DNA of 63,646 bases, counting the filler, from Octopus bimaculoides (Eukaryota): assembly GCF_001194135.2 (NCBI RefSeq). It is 9 parts of 9 records of this genome, joined end to end, with 100 filler letters (N's around TTAATTAATTAA, not from the genome) between each part and the next. Parts side by side here need not be neighbours in the genome. Positions count along the whole stretch, not along the records: positions 50,208 to 54,443 come from NC_068982.1; positions 54,544 to 57,102 come from NC_068987.1; positions 57,203 to 59,755 come from NC_069007.1; positions 59,856 to 62,089 come from NW_026359433.1; positions 62,190 to 63,646 come from NC_069002.1; 4 more parts are not named here. The stretch is one strand, 5' to 3'. Shown here in pieces: positions 50,593 through 63,250 of this stretch. The translations under genes were made by a program, and so were the position numbers. Below the pieces are notes generated by a model, which ran no database searches, was not told where the DNA came from, and saw nothing but the letters and a program-made list of their open reading frames with translations. How positions within the stretch are numbered: position 1 is the first letter of the stretch; each line of letters opens with the position of its first letter.

Positions 50593-52115
50593 CTATCTCT
50601 CTATCTGTCTCCCTCTCTTTCCTATCTCTTTCTCTCTCTCTTTCTGCCTCGGTCTCTTCCTTCACTGACGCTCCGTACTTCCACTCCTTTCAACCCATTT
50701 CACACCATTCAATTCTTTCGTCCCTCACCCCAACGCCATTTATCAACACTCATCAGCACCACATTTTTCTTGTTTACCTAGACTTTTTGTCGCCAGAGAT
50801 AAAAGAGTCAATACACATCCGCACACATAAGTCTGTCTCCAGTGTATTTCTCCATTCCTTTCAGTACTGAGCAGTTGAAGACTCCATACACGCACACACA
50901 CCACATACAATCATACACGTTTGTAATTACCTACATGTTAACACATTCCACTAAATCGCAGAAAATAATTTATTCCCTCTTAAGTGAATATAATGAAAAT
51001 GACCGGTTGTCTCTAAAGTGTCCAAAATTTGATGAAATTGTCTATGTAAAGGATGTAAGGAATTTTTTTAATAACTCATTCTTGAATTGCCCATTTTCTC
51101 TATTGGTATACTACACATTGTACAAAAGGCATAAAATTTCAACATATCCCTACGCACGCCTCACCCAAATATTATCAAATGTTACTATGCCCCACGTTGG
51201 GAATCACAGCTCTAGACACGAATGTCTTTTTGTCTGCTGGCATCACTTCAATTAAATGAACGATTTTGAAAAACCAAACGAGATAGTTTGGCCATATAGT
51301 TCGAATAGCGGATGTAAGGTGTACGTACAAGAGGTGGTCAGCACAAGGAGTAGACGACCACCAAATATATATNNNNNNNNNNNNNNNNNNNNNNNNNNNN
51401 NNNNNNNNNNNNNNNNNNNNNNNNNNNNNNNNNNNNNNNNNNNNNNNNNNNNNNNNNNNNNNNNNNNNNNNNNNNNNNNNNNNNNNNNNNNNNNNNNNNN
51501 NNNNNNNNNNNNNNNNNNNNNNNNNNNNNNNNNNNNNNNNNNNNNNNNNNNNNNNNNNNNNNNNNNNNNNNNNNNNNNNNNNNNNNNNNTATATATATAT
51601 ATATATATATATATATGCATATATATATATGCGTGTGTGTGTATGTGTGGGTGTGTGTGTATGCGTGTGTCTGCGTGTGTATATATATGAGTTCAAAAAA
51701 AAATTTTACACGTGAATAATGTAAATTACGTGATGCAGGTTCAGTTGTTATTTGCTGCAGGAAACATCTAAATCAAGCACGAAGTTATTTTGGAAAAATT
51801 GTATTTTTTTTATAAGTAAATGAATATTAATATCCAAAATGAAAATATCTTAAATTAAAATATCATGACATAAAATTAATTTCTCAATTGTATATATTTC
51901 AATATATACATAAAATCAATAAAAATGTTACAGATTAATTAAAAAGTAATTACAAACGTCACACATTAATTTTATGTTAGGTAGCGTGAGGATTTGGTGC
52001 AAGTTGCTCAAAATGAATATTACAGGCGTGATATATAGGCTTGTATGTATGTATGTATGTATGTATGTATGTATGTATGTATGTATGCATGCATTTATGC
52101 ATGTATGTATGCATT

Positions 52116-52194
<79 letters not shown>

Positions 52195-52426
52195 NNNNNN
52201 NNNNNNNNNNNNNNNNNNNNNNNNNNNNNNNNNNNNNNNNNNNNNNNNNNNNNNNNNNNNNNNNNNNNNNNNNNNNNNNNNNNNNNNNNNNNNNNNNNNN
52301 NNNNNNNNNNNNNNNNNNNNNNNNNNNNNNNNNNNNNNNNNNNNNNNNNNNNNNNNNNNNNNNNNNNNNNNNATGTAAATAGTGGAATTTATCTGTACAA
52401 ATATGTGATACTTATTCGGTAGCCAA

Positions 52427-52480
52427 GATCAAACACCGAGTTTCGGATTCCGGGAGGCCACGCCATCTCTTCAGTTATCC
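52427..52480 (-). ncRNA. Relic hammerhead motif (position 17 = G, imperfect stems)
   Basis: GGATAA-CTGAAGA-GAT..ATC-C-GAAAC-TCG-GTG-TTTGATC, antisense and just upstream of a PLE endonuclease fragment. Confidence 0.35.
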
Positions 52481-52614
52481 GGCCATTGAAAATTCTTCTG
52501 AAAAATGACCGTTAAACAAAGATAAAAATTACTGTGTGGTGCAAGTCATTAAGACAAAAGAGCTAATAGACCGCTAAGTAAGGTAAAGGTAAGGGAGCAG
52601 AGAAGTCGATAAAT

Positions 52615-52930
52615 TCGCGTAAGCGCACCAATCCGTACATTCGCCTATATTTATATACTAAAACTACTCTCGCTTTAAACACACACATATGCTCTCGTTT
52701 AGAGAGAACTCTACTTACATATCTCGTTTTCTCTGGAGACTCCGCGATGTCCCAGAGGAAATATCCAGCATCAAGTGGACTATTCAGCTCCATGATATTC
52801 ACCCGGCGCCGCCAACTGCCAGCTCTGCCTCTGCATATCCTGCATGTCCTCTAACAACCCGCAGTATCCATCATCAAGAAATACGATTTATTGTATTAAT
52901 GTCACTAAATATATACCCTTTTGGTAAATT
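52615..52930 (+). mobile_element. Penelope-like GIY-YIG endonuclease fragment
   Basis: HMLSFRENSTYISRFLWRLRDVPEEISSIKWTI and YSPGAANCQLCL..SNNPQYPSSRNTIYC. Confidence 0.7.
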
Positions 52931-53429
52931 TTAGCCCTCTGACTACTGAAAACCCAGATATACCACCTTAGCACCAGCTTCTACTCTGCACCGCCTGCAA
53001 CACGTTTACTCCTATCAACAAACCTCATGAGCAGGACCGCTGCTTACCAATCCCCAACGTTTACCAACCTCCAACGTATACCAACCCACAACGTTTATGA
53101 ATTCAAATGCTTACCAATCCCCAACGGTTGTTTTGCGCGTGTATACTCACGCAAGCGCGCTTGTATATGCACATGTGCACGCGCATGCATGTGTATTTGC
53201 ACACTGGTATGCATGCGTACATGCATGCGAATATACATATATACATATGAATGAATACGTATGAGTGTGTATGCGTGTATGTGTGTGCATGTGTGCGTAT
53301 GCGTGTGTATGTGGGTATCTCAAGTAGAAGACAAAAATCGAAACTAAACATTTAATATTACAACACAGTAGTAGCAGTAAAACTGGCAGAGTTAAGTAAA
53401 TAACGGTTAGTCACAACAATACAGATCAA

Positions 53430-54443
53430 GGCAGTCTGGTGGTAACTAACATTGAACAATGCTGTAATGGCAAGGTTAAAATAATTGTAACGGTATTAAT
53501 GGCGGAGTTGACAATAGTAACAGAGAAAACAATCGTCTGTACATCTGCCACACAGGGTTCAATACTAATAATTTTAATATAGAACGAATGTCTTATCACA
53601 ACCGTACACCAAATCGTTTGTCTTCTGGTTAATCTGGAAGCGCCTCTCCCAGGAAAGAGCCAGCCTCTGGTCGAAAAGTCATCTACTGGCACAAACTCTT
53701 TTCTGAATACGAACCTGGGTTAAAGGGAACTGCCCCAAATCGAGTCCTCCGAGTCCACCACCACACCACCACAAAAAGAAAAGTGTAACAGGATCAAATG
53801 AACCTAAGAAGAGTTTACAGAAGTAATATACGATATGCATTAGGTGGGCCATCTGAAGAGAAACACACCACACATTTTTATCAAATGTGGAGAACACGAA
53901 ATCGAGACAGCACACTATATTTGGACAAAAACAAGTTAACAAATATTAGGAGGGATATCTTCAGAAATAAAAGACACACAAATAGTGAACTAACCGCGAT
54001 CAAGCATCAGAAAATGACCTAAATAGAAGACAGAAAAGAAATGAAGAACAACTCTCCGCGAGTTTTAACTGAAATCCAACCCAAAACTGGAACAACAGCC
54101 TATCATGATAAGACAATGGCAGAAAAGCCTCTACATGACGAATATTAGGTTAAGTTAAACAAAATAGAAATTGACAAAGAGAAATCCCAACAATGATTGA
54201 GAAGCTCAGGATTCAAAGGAGAGACTGAAGGATGTTTATTTGTAGCACAAGATCTAAGCCTTCTCTCCAGAAATCATGAAAAACAAATAGAGCACGACAG
54301 AGCTGGGACCTATATACACTGGAAGCTATGCCAACACTATAGAATAACAACAGAAAAAAGATGGTATAAACAGACGCCAGAAAAAGTCACAGAAAACGAG
54401 AAAGCAACCATACTCTGGGATATGCCAATACACACAGATAGAG
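53430..54443 (+). mobile_element. Internally deleted Dong/R4-clade element
   Basis: N-terminal domain YALGGPSEEKHTTHFYQMWRTRN..LDKNKLTNIRRDIFRNKR jumps directly to KPLHDEY..IDKEKSQQ*LRSSGFKGETEG..HWKLCQHY..TPEKVTENEKATILWDMPIHTDR. Confidence 0.85.
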
Positions 54444-54679
54444 NNNNNNNNNNNNNNNNNNNNNNNNNNNNNNNNNNNNNNNNNNNNTTAATTAATTAAN
54501 NNNNNNNNNNNNNNNNNNNNNNNNNNNNNNNNNNNNNNNNNNNAAAATATTCTTAAAAAAATTATCTTCGTTAAAAGACCGCTTCCTTCAAATCTTCCAC
54601 CGGTTCTTTTGGCTAATTCCATCGATGTTATTGGATTAGATATGTTTTTGTATAGGGAGCCCGGTGTAGCACATCCATG

Positions 54680-54755
<76 letters not shown>

Positions 54756-54771
54756 CATTATTATTTGTAGT

Positions 54772-55167
54772 AGGAGTGGTAAGTAGCTTTCTTACCAAAC
54801 ACATGGTTCCGGGTTCATTGTGTGGCACCTTGGGCAAGTCTCTTCTACTATAGCCTCGGCTCGACCAAAGCTTTGTGAGTGGATTTGGTAGACGGAAACT
54901 GAAAGAAGCCCGTCGTATATATGTATATATATGTGTGTATGTGCGTGTTTATGTTGGTGTGTCTGTGTTTGTCTCCCCAACATCGCTTGCCAACCGATGG
55001 TGGAGTGTTTACGTCCCCGTAACTTAGCAGTTCGGTGAGAGACCGATAGAATAAGTACTAGGCTTACAAAGAATAAGTCCTTACGTCGATTTGCTCGACT
55101 AAAGATGGTGCTCCAGTATATCTGCAGTCAAAATTACTCAAACAAGAAGAAAAAAAACAGAGTAAAA

Positions 55168-55170
<3 letters not shown>
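54772..55170 (+). mobile_element. Apparently full-length tRNA-derived SINE (family 1) with an internal (TA)/(TG) segment
   Basis: Head GGAGTGGTAAGTAGCTT..GGTTCCGGGTTC, CORE-like CACCTTGGGCAAGTC, internal microsatellite at about 54915-54960, 3' half, then (TAG)n. Confidence 0.85.

Positions 55171-55247
<77 letters not shown>
55170..55247. repeat. (TAG)n microsatellite
   Basis: Direct reading. Confidence 0.95.
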
Positions 55248-55285
55248 TAATCTCTCAATTCTGTTTCTATCTCTTGCTGAGTGTC

Positions 55286-55332
<47 letters not shown>

Positions 55333-56282
55333 NNNNNNNNNNNNNNNNNNNNNNNNNNNNNNNNNNNNNNNNNNNNNNNNNNNNNNNNNNNNNNNNNNNN
55401 NNNNNNNNNNNNNNNNNNNNNNNNNNNNNNNNNNNNNNNNNNNNNNNNNNNNNNNNNNNNNNNNNNNNNNNNNNNNNNNNNNNNNNNNNNNNNNNNNNNN
55501 NNNNNNNNNNNNNNNNNNNNNNNNNNNNNNNNNNNNNNNNNNNNNNNNNNNNNNNNNNNNNNNNNNNNNNNNNNNNNNNNNNNNNNNNNNNNNNNNNNNN
55601 NNNNNNNNNNNNNNNNNNNNNNNNNNNNNNNNNNNNNNNNNNNNNNNNNNNNNNNNNNNNNNNNNNNNNNNNNNNNNNNNNNNNNNNNNNNNNNNNNNNN
55701 NNNNNNNNNNNNNNNNNNNNNNNNNNNNNNNNNNNNNNNNNNNNNNNNNNNNNNNNNNNNNNNNNNNNNNNNNNNNNNNNNNNNNNNNNNNNNNNNNNNN
55801 NNNNNNNNNNNNNNNNNNNNNNNNNNNNNNNNNNNNNNNNNNNNNNNNNNNNNNNNNNNNNNNNNNNNNNNNNNNNNNNNNNNNNNNNNNNNNNNNNNNN
55901 NNNNNNNNNNNNNNNNNNNNNNNNNNNNNNNNNNNNNNNNNNNNNNNNNNNNNNNNNNNNNNNNNNNNNNNNNNNNNNNNNNNNNNNNNNNNNNNNNNNN
56001 NNNNNNNNNNNNNNNNNNNNNNNNNNNNNNNNNNNNNNNNNNNNNNNNNNNNNNNNNNNNNNNNNNNNNNNNNNNNNNNNNNNNNNNNNNNNNNNNNNNN
56101 NNNNNNNNNNNNNNNNNNNNNNNNNNNNNNNNNNNNNNNNNNNNNNNNNNNNNNNNNNNNNNNNNNNNNNNNNNNNNNNNNNNNNNNNNNNNNNNNNNNN
56201 NNNNNNNNNNNNNNNNNNNNNNNNNNNNNGTATGTATGTAATGTATGTGTATATGTGTGTGTGTGTGTGTAAGTATGTATTA

Positions 56283-56313
<31 letters not shown>

Positions 56314-56340
56314 CAAATGTATGCATAGAAAGACAGATAA

Positions 56341-56406
<66 letters not shown>

Positions 56407-57669
56407 GTATATAAACGTAAGTGTGTATGTTTGCATGACTGTTCGTTGGTTCCTGTACCTGAATATCTATGCATGCAAAACTACATAAATAGGTTTTTTC
56501 TAAAATGGGAGACGTAATTCAAATGGAAAGCTGTTAAAGTGAAGGTATGAATAACAAATATCATATAATTCTATACCTTATGTATATAAGTGCCTTGACA
56601 TTCCGGGGAATAAGTGTCGCCCTTATATCCTCTCTTGTGTACACATACATACTTATAGGTTTGAATGCTTAAAGCAATGGTGTGAGAAGGATGTTCTGGT
56701 GATCAGTAGAGCTAGGCTTCTTTAACGGCATTGGTTTCTGATTGTACTATTGTTTAAAAGAATGTATAGCTTCCGTGTTGGAGCAGAGATGTAAAAAAAA
56801 CTATTATACGGTGATATCATTATTACATAATGAAGGCTGTGAAACGACTGTAACCCTAAGGATATCAAATAATTAAAGAAATATATTTACCACTCATACT
56901 GCCTAAAATAGGCGTTCCACACTTAAGATCGATGAAATAACTACCGGATGACCAAATATGCCCTAGGGTTGATTTCAAAAAACGCTAAACAAATGCTACA
57001 GAGAAAGAAATTTAAAAGAGAAAAGAGCTAGAAAAAGGCCATGAAACACTAGGATAAAAATGGTGTTTCTATTAATTCAAATAACTTTAAAAAATATGTA
57101 TGNNNNNNNNNNNNNNNNNNNNNNNNNNNNNNNNNNNNNNNNNNNNTTAATTAATTAANNNNNNNNNNNNNNNNNNNNNNNNNNNNNNNNNNNNNNNNNN
57201 NNAGAAAGAAAGAAAGAAAGAAAGAAAGAGATTTCGATAATTACATATGTGTTGTTTTTTACTGTTGCCCCACCGCTCACCCCCACCCATTAGTCTGGAA
57301 TATTTATGTCTTTCATATTCTTGTTTGTTTTCTTTTTTGTTTTTTGATTTTTACCATTAATGGCGGCTTTCAAAGTTCTTTCCATTTTTACAATTTGCTC
57401 CGGAATCTTTTGGTTCTTTAGATTTTATTATTGAACATATTGAAACGTGAGTGGGTTGCCAAATGTGTTTATTCAATAACAAATGTGTTGCGAAATGTGT
57501 ATATCTACTTTATAAATGCCAGAAGGTTCTAAGAACGGTGCGTCCTCGAGAAAAAGAAACGAATTTGATTTGCAAAATCTACGTCCCAAAGTAAAGGTCG
57601 TCCGTAAATGATAATAAGAAAACTAGAATTTGCTACGAGAAATTACTCAACTTTTAGATCGGTAACTCT

Positions 57670-58010
57670 CCCATTGTTGTTGGCACTCCGTCGCTTACGA
57701 CGACGAGGGTTCCAGTTGATCCGATCAACGGAACAGCCTGCTCGTGAAATTAACGTGCAAGTGGCTGAGCACTCCACAGACACGTGTACCCTTAACGTAG
57801 TTCTCGGGGATATTCAGCGTGACACAGAGTGTGACAAGGCTGACCCTTTGAATTACAGGTACAACAGAAACAGGAAGTAAGAGTGAGAGAAAGTTGTGGT
57901 GAAAGAGTACAGCAAGGTTCGCCACCATCCACTACCGGAGCCTCGTGGAGCTTTTAGGTGTTTTCGCTCAATAAACACAACGCCCGGTCTGGGAATCGAC
58001 GAAGTGGAGA
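57670..58010 (-). mobile_element. SINE-like family 3 copy
   Basis: Minus strand begins with a B-box-like GTCGATTCCCAGACCGGGCG, followed by a GC-richer body ending GAGTGCCAACAAC. Confidence 0.55.
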
Positions 58011-58033
58011 AAGTCCTTTGTCTCTTTGAATTT

Positions 58034-58071
<38 letters not shown>

Positions 58072-58705
58072 ATCTCTGTCCCTTTGTCTCTCTTACCTCT
58101 GATTGTCTATCTCTTGGTCTCTCTCTCTCTCTCTCTCTCTATCCCTCTCCCCTCCTCTCTCTCTCTCTCTCTACATATATGTATTCTCTTATATCTGTCT
58201 TATCTCTCTGTCTTACTCTTTCTCTCTCTCTCTCTCTCTCTCTCATCTCTGTCCCCTCCCACTCTCTCTCTACATATATGTATTCTCTTATTTCTGTCTA
58301 TCACCATTAATCTCTCTCTCTCTCCTTCTTTCTCTCTTTCTCTCTGTATATGTTTACATACATTTTGGAAATCACTCTGTCGCCCAAATAAAATCCCTTA
58401 CACACACACACATACACACGGACCAGCATGGATACTCTGTGAGGTCTCTCGGGTGAGATGAGAAAATCTGAGAAAACAAGAGTACCGCAATCAGTTTAAC
58501 TCGGTGAAAAATGTGTATGACTCAGGGGGTCGTAACTCTGTAATATACTTAACACCAATTACTTCCCTTCCTTCAATGCATGCTAAGCTGATTACAAACG
58601 GATTTCAAATTGCTGTTAGCAATGAAAGTGCGTGTGTGTGTGTGCCTGCGTGCGTGCGTGAGTGTCTATTTGTCCGTCTGTGTTTCTCTCTGTGTGTGCG
58701 TGTGT

Positions 58706-58737
<32 letters not shown>

Positions 58738-58789
58738 ATTTTCGTACCTATGTGAGTGAGTGTGTCCACACACACACATATAAGCAAAG

Positions 58790-58900
58790 GCTTTGGTTGG
58801 CACGAAGCTTTAGTAGAAGAAACTTGCTCAAGATGCCACGCTGTAGGACTGAACTCGGAACCATGTGGCTGAGAAGCAACCTTCTTACCACACAGCCACG
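58790..58900 (-). mobile_element. SINE family 1, 5' fragment
   Basis: GGCTGTGTGGTAAGAAGGTTGCTTCTCAGCCACATGGTTCCGAGTTCAGTCC on the minus strand. Confidence 0.75.
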
Positions 58901-59570
58901 TGCGTTTATATAACTCTGTGCGCGCGCGCGTGTGTGTGTGTGTGTGTGTTTCTCGCCGTATTTCCTCAGCCAGGAGTAACTTGAAGACACCAATCAATTG
59001 CAACGGCTGATCAATAGGCATCAATACAAATCGATATTGATCCACGCTGATCAATTCAACCGTCAGATCGATGCACAAATATTTTCTACTTTGTTTACGC
59101 CTGATGTTGTAAGTGACGATGGCGGTTGTGGTGGAGGTGTTTATGTTGTTGTTGTTGTTGTTGACGCTGTTAGCGATAACGCTAATAGTAGTAGTGATGA
59201 TGTTATTGTTGTTGCTGCTGTTCGCGGCGGCGGCGGTGATGGTGTTGGTGGTGATGGTGGTCGTCGTCGTCGTCATCGTATTGGTTGCTGTGGTGCCATA
59301 TGGTGATTTTGCTTGTTGTTGTTGTTTAGCCCTAGGCCTGGCCGGGAAGATCTACTACCAAAGGCTTTCCAGCCGTTGCCATCTTAGCTTTATTTATTTA
59401 TTTATTCATTCATTTTTTTTAAACCTTAGTGCAGAGAGTAATATAAAGGAAATATGACTGCTATTTCTAGCTAAGTGAGTAACGTTGCACGGGAGCTAAC
59501 ACGACCACACATACACATATGCACGCACGCACACACACACACACACACACAATAACACACAGATACCATC

Positions 59571-59755
59571 GGCGCAAGAGTGTCTGTGTGGTAAGTAGCT
59601 TGCTTACCAACCACATGGTTCCGGGTTCAGTCCCACTGCGTGGCACCTTGGGCAAGTGTCTTCTACTATAGCCTCGGGCCGACCAAAGCCTTGTGAGTGG
59701 ATTTGGTAGACGGAAACTAAAAGAAGCCCATCGTATATATGTGTGTATATATATA
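59571..59755 (+). mobile_element. SINE family 1, 5' half, running into (TA)n and a gap
   Basis: GTGTGGTAAGTAGCTTGCTTACCAACCACATGGTTCCGGGTTCAGTCCCACTGCGTGGCACCTTGGGCAAGTG. Confidence 0.85.
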
Positions 59756-60306
59756 NNNNNNNNNNNNNNNNNNNNNNNNNNNNNNNNNNNNNNNNNNNNT
59801 TAATTAATTAANNNNNNNNNNNNNNNNNNNNNNNNNNNNNNNNNNNNNNNNNNNNCAAACATATTTTTGTGTTTATGCACGTGTGCATTCTGTGTGTATA
59901 TGTATATGTTTTGCTTATATGAATGAATAGATATGTTGAACTGGGTGTTTAAAATTATGAAATGCGTATATTATTTTTCGCTGTGTATGTTAAGGATTAA
60001 AGAAAAAAAAAATCCGTTAATAAAAATCTAACCTCTTTTGTGATGAGTTATGTATTTCAGAATTCGATTTTCATTTTTGATTTGTATCGGTCTTTCCCAT
60101 TTTTAGATTCAATTTCGCATTCAGACATTGCTGTAAAATGCTTTATCTCGCTCACACTGGACGGCCAGGGCACGCGTTCAAGTTTAGGCTTGGGAGGCAT
60201 ATACTGGTAGAATTTTTTTTTTGTGTGTGTTTTTAGAAATTATTTATAGAGTAGTGTATTGATTCAATAAATTGATATATAATAATAATGACAATAATAA
60301 TAACAA

Positions 60307-60342
<36 letters not shown>

Positions 60343-60597
60343 TGTAACGTTAACAGCAACAACAACGACAACATGAACAACTAAAAGTAACTGTACATAA
60401 TCTAGTAAATTTTTGGCTAAAATGTTTCTTGGCAGCCATTTTATAATTGTCTTCCGAATTAATTACTTGACTTTATATATCGTTAATTTTCTTAATTATA
60501 ACTTCTGCTTGTCTAAAATATCAGTATCATTTATAATTAAGTTATTTAAAAGGAAACAATATTTTATAATAATAATAAGAAGAACAACAAAAATGAC

Positions 60598-60641
<44 letters not shown>

Positions 60642-60802
60642 CAATGGTAATAAATAAATACTTAAGTGGGTTTTCAAGATTTAGGCAAATAATCTTAAAT
60701 GTTTTTGCCCGGAGACACAACCCAGTATTTGCAGCGTTTTACAACCTCACGATTCAAAATCCGAAAATCCGACAGAGTGGTCACTCGACCATTGCGTATC
60801 CA

Positions 60803-60850
<48 letters not shown>

Positions 60851-62189
60851 AGGAAAATAGCTTAAACATAATCCGCAAAATCATATTTAATAAGTTCTGT
60901 GCTGCTAGCATTATATTTGAGTGTTAAGCTATATAAAAAGGGTGTAGTGTTTCTGTGGTTTATTCGGTTTTCTTTCTTATCTTCATCCAGACAGTATATA
61001 ATTATTGGGCCTAAATAGCTTTTAGGCTAAAATACCGCATAACTGTTTCCTCTACCAATTTAAACCAACTCTTTCTGACGCTCACACACGTTTATTGTTG
61101 TTTTGCGTTGTTTGAAGTGTCACACTAATAATAAAGCGACAGCATGTTCAAGTCTCACGTAAACATATTGTGTCTTATACAAATCATTTTTTTTATTTTC
61201 CTTCTCCGGTAAAAAGTTAAACTTAACTGAGGATGCAACACTTATAAATAGATCAGTTTCTTGTCTATGATGAAAATCGTCTAATATCGATCACAGTCAA
61301 TCTATCTGGAATAAAAAATACCAGCATGTATATGTAGATTACTTACTTATAGACAAGAATTCAACATTGAGGCAAAATTGCTTTCAACTCGCTCGGCAAA
61401 TAATATAGACTCCAAAAACAATTTAATTAGATATTTGAACTGTTCACGGCTGACAAATAACTAATTAGTCGAATAAATATTCCACATTTCCTTGTATAAA
61501 TCCTTTTTGTTTTACCGTTTCTTAGTTTATTGCTTAGTAATAGTTTATCTTGTTATTTTGTAAACATCTCTCAGTGGCATCAACTATAAATGAAGATATT
61601 ACCATTTTTCTGGAATCCTTCATAATTTCCTTTAAACGTTTAAATTTAAAAATAATCTTTAGCCATTACATTTTGCTTCTACTTGGTTTCGAATTTCTAT
61701 AGTACATCTGAAATTTTGTGACACACAAATATTCAATGTGTTTGATAAAAAAATAGTTATCGCCAAACTCTCGTCTGTTTGAAATACTGTAGTTGTATGC
61801 AATATTATACGCCATGTTACAGCATCCTGCCGTTTGTTTAATAAGATATTCTGTGTGAGTATCATTCTAATTTGGAAAGAATCTTCTACAGCAAACATTT
61901 ATCCGTAAGCTTGGAGTTAAATACATCCTTTTGATTTCTCACATAATATTGTATAAAGTAATGTTCGAACAGAATTTGGAGGTAACAGACATAACTTCTC
62001 AAAAATGTCTTACTTCATGCGCAACTCTTAATCGCTATTTCTCACCTTCTCATACTTACATATATATATATACATATATATATATATATNNNNNNNNNNN
62101 NNNNNNNNNNNNNNNNNNNNNNNNNNNNNNNNNTTAATTAATTAANNNNNNNNNNNNNNNNNNNNNNNNNNNNNNNNNNNNNNNNNNNN

Positions 62190-62247
<58 letters not shown>

Positions 62248-62659
62248 TAGAAGCTGTTCGATCTTGGGATTTATCATGGGGAGCAATGATCTCCGCGATG
62301 AGTTTACGAAACAGCGTCAGTGGACACTTAGACGTCGATGTTTCGGTACAATTTCGTCTCTTTAGTGCTAGGCGCCATTCTCTGACAGCACGTTGATGTC
62401 ATAATGAGAATATTACAATTTAAAAACATACAGTATCTCAAGAATACTTTTTCTCCAAGACCAAATAATACAGCGGTAACCATTCCGTCTTCGTGTTTGC
62501 ACAAACGTTTACACAAACATTTATAACCTGTAATAAATAGTGCCGATATCGTAATATCCAGTGTCCACAAATTACTTTTACAGTTTGAAGTGTGCAAGTG
62601 TGGAAGATCTGAAGATAATTTACGGACACACTCTATATATGTCATCAAATCACTTCATC

Positions 62660-62810
62660 TTTTCTACTCTAAGCACACGGCCCGAAATTTTGTGGGAGGG
62701 GACCAGTCGATTAGATCGACCTCAATACGCAACTGGTACTTAATTTATCGACCCCCGAAAGGATGAAAGGCAAAATCGACCTCGGCGGAATTTGAACTCA
62801 GAACCTAGAG
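62660..62810 (-). mobile_element. SINE-like family 2 copy
   Basis: GTTCTGAGTTCAAATTCCGCCGAGGTCGATTTTGCCTTTCATCCTTTCGGGGGTCGATAAATTAAGTACCAG on the minus strand. Confidence 0.85.
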
Positions 62811-62919
62811 ACAAATCACTTCGTCTTAAGCACACGTGATTTTTGTTATTGCTGCTGTTGTTACATTTGTTGCTGCTGATGTCGAAAAATATACTGGAGT
62901 GCTCTGGTAGCGATGGTAG

Positions 62920-63250
62920 TTATGGTGGCGATAGTGTGGTGGTGGTGATGATGATGATGATGATGATGATAGTAGTGGCGGTGGTGGTGGGGTGGTGGTG
63001 GTGTTGGTGGTGGTGGGGGTGTCGGTGGTAGTGATGATTGTTGTGATGATGATGGTGATAATGGTAATGGTCGAGATCACCGTTGTGTTGATGATGATGA
63101 TGATGATGATGATTAAAATGATGATGGTGATGACGATGATGGTGATGACGATGATGGTGGCGGTGGTAGTGGTGGTGGTGGTGCCGATAGCAGTGGTAAT
63201 GATGATGATGATGATGATGGCGGTTGTTGTTGTGGTGGTGGTGGTCGGTA
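62920..63250. repeat. Compound (GAT)n/(GGT)n microsatellite
   Basis: Direct reading. Confidence 0.9.

Noticed and set aside
52719-52850. Minus-strand exon candidate MELNSPLDAGYFLWDIAESPEKTRY|gtaagt
   Set aside because: The opposite strand is explained by PLE GIY-YIG homology
58605-59457. Long ORFs rich in T/N/V/G
   Set aside because: Translations of (GTT)/(GGT)/(CA) microsatellites and a SINE fragment
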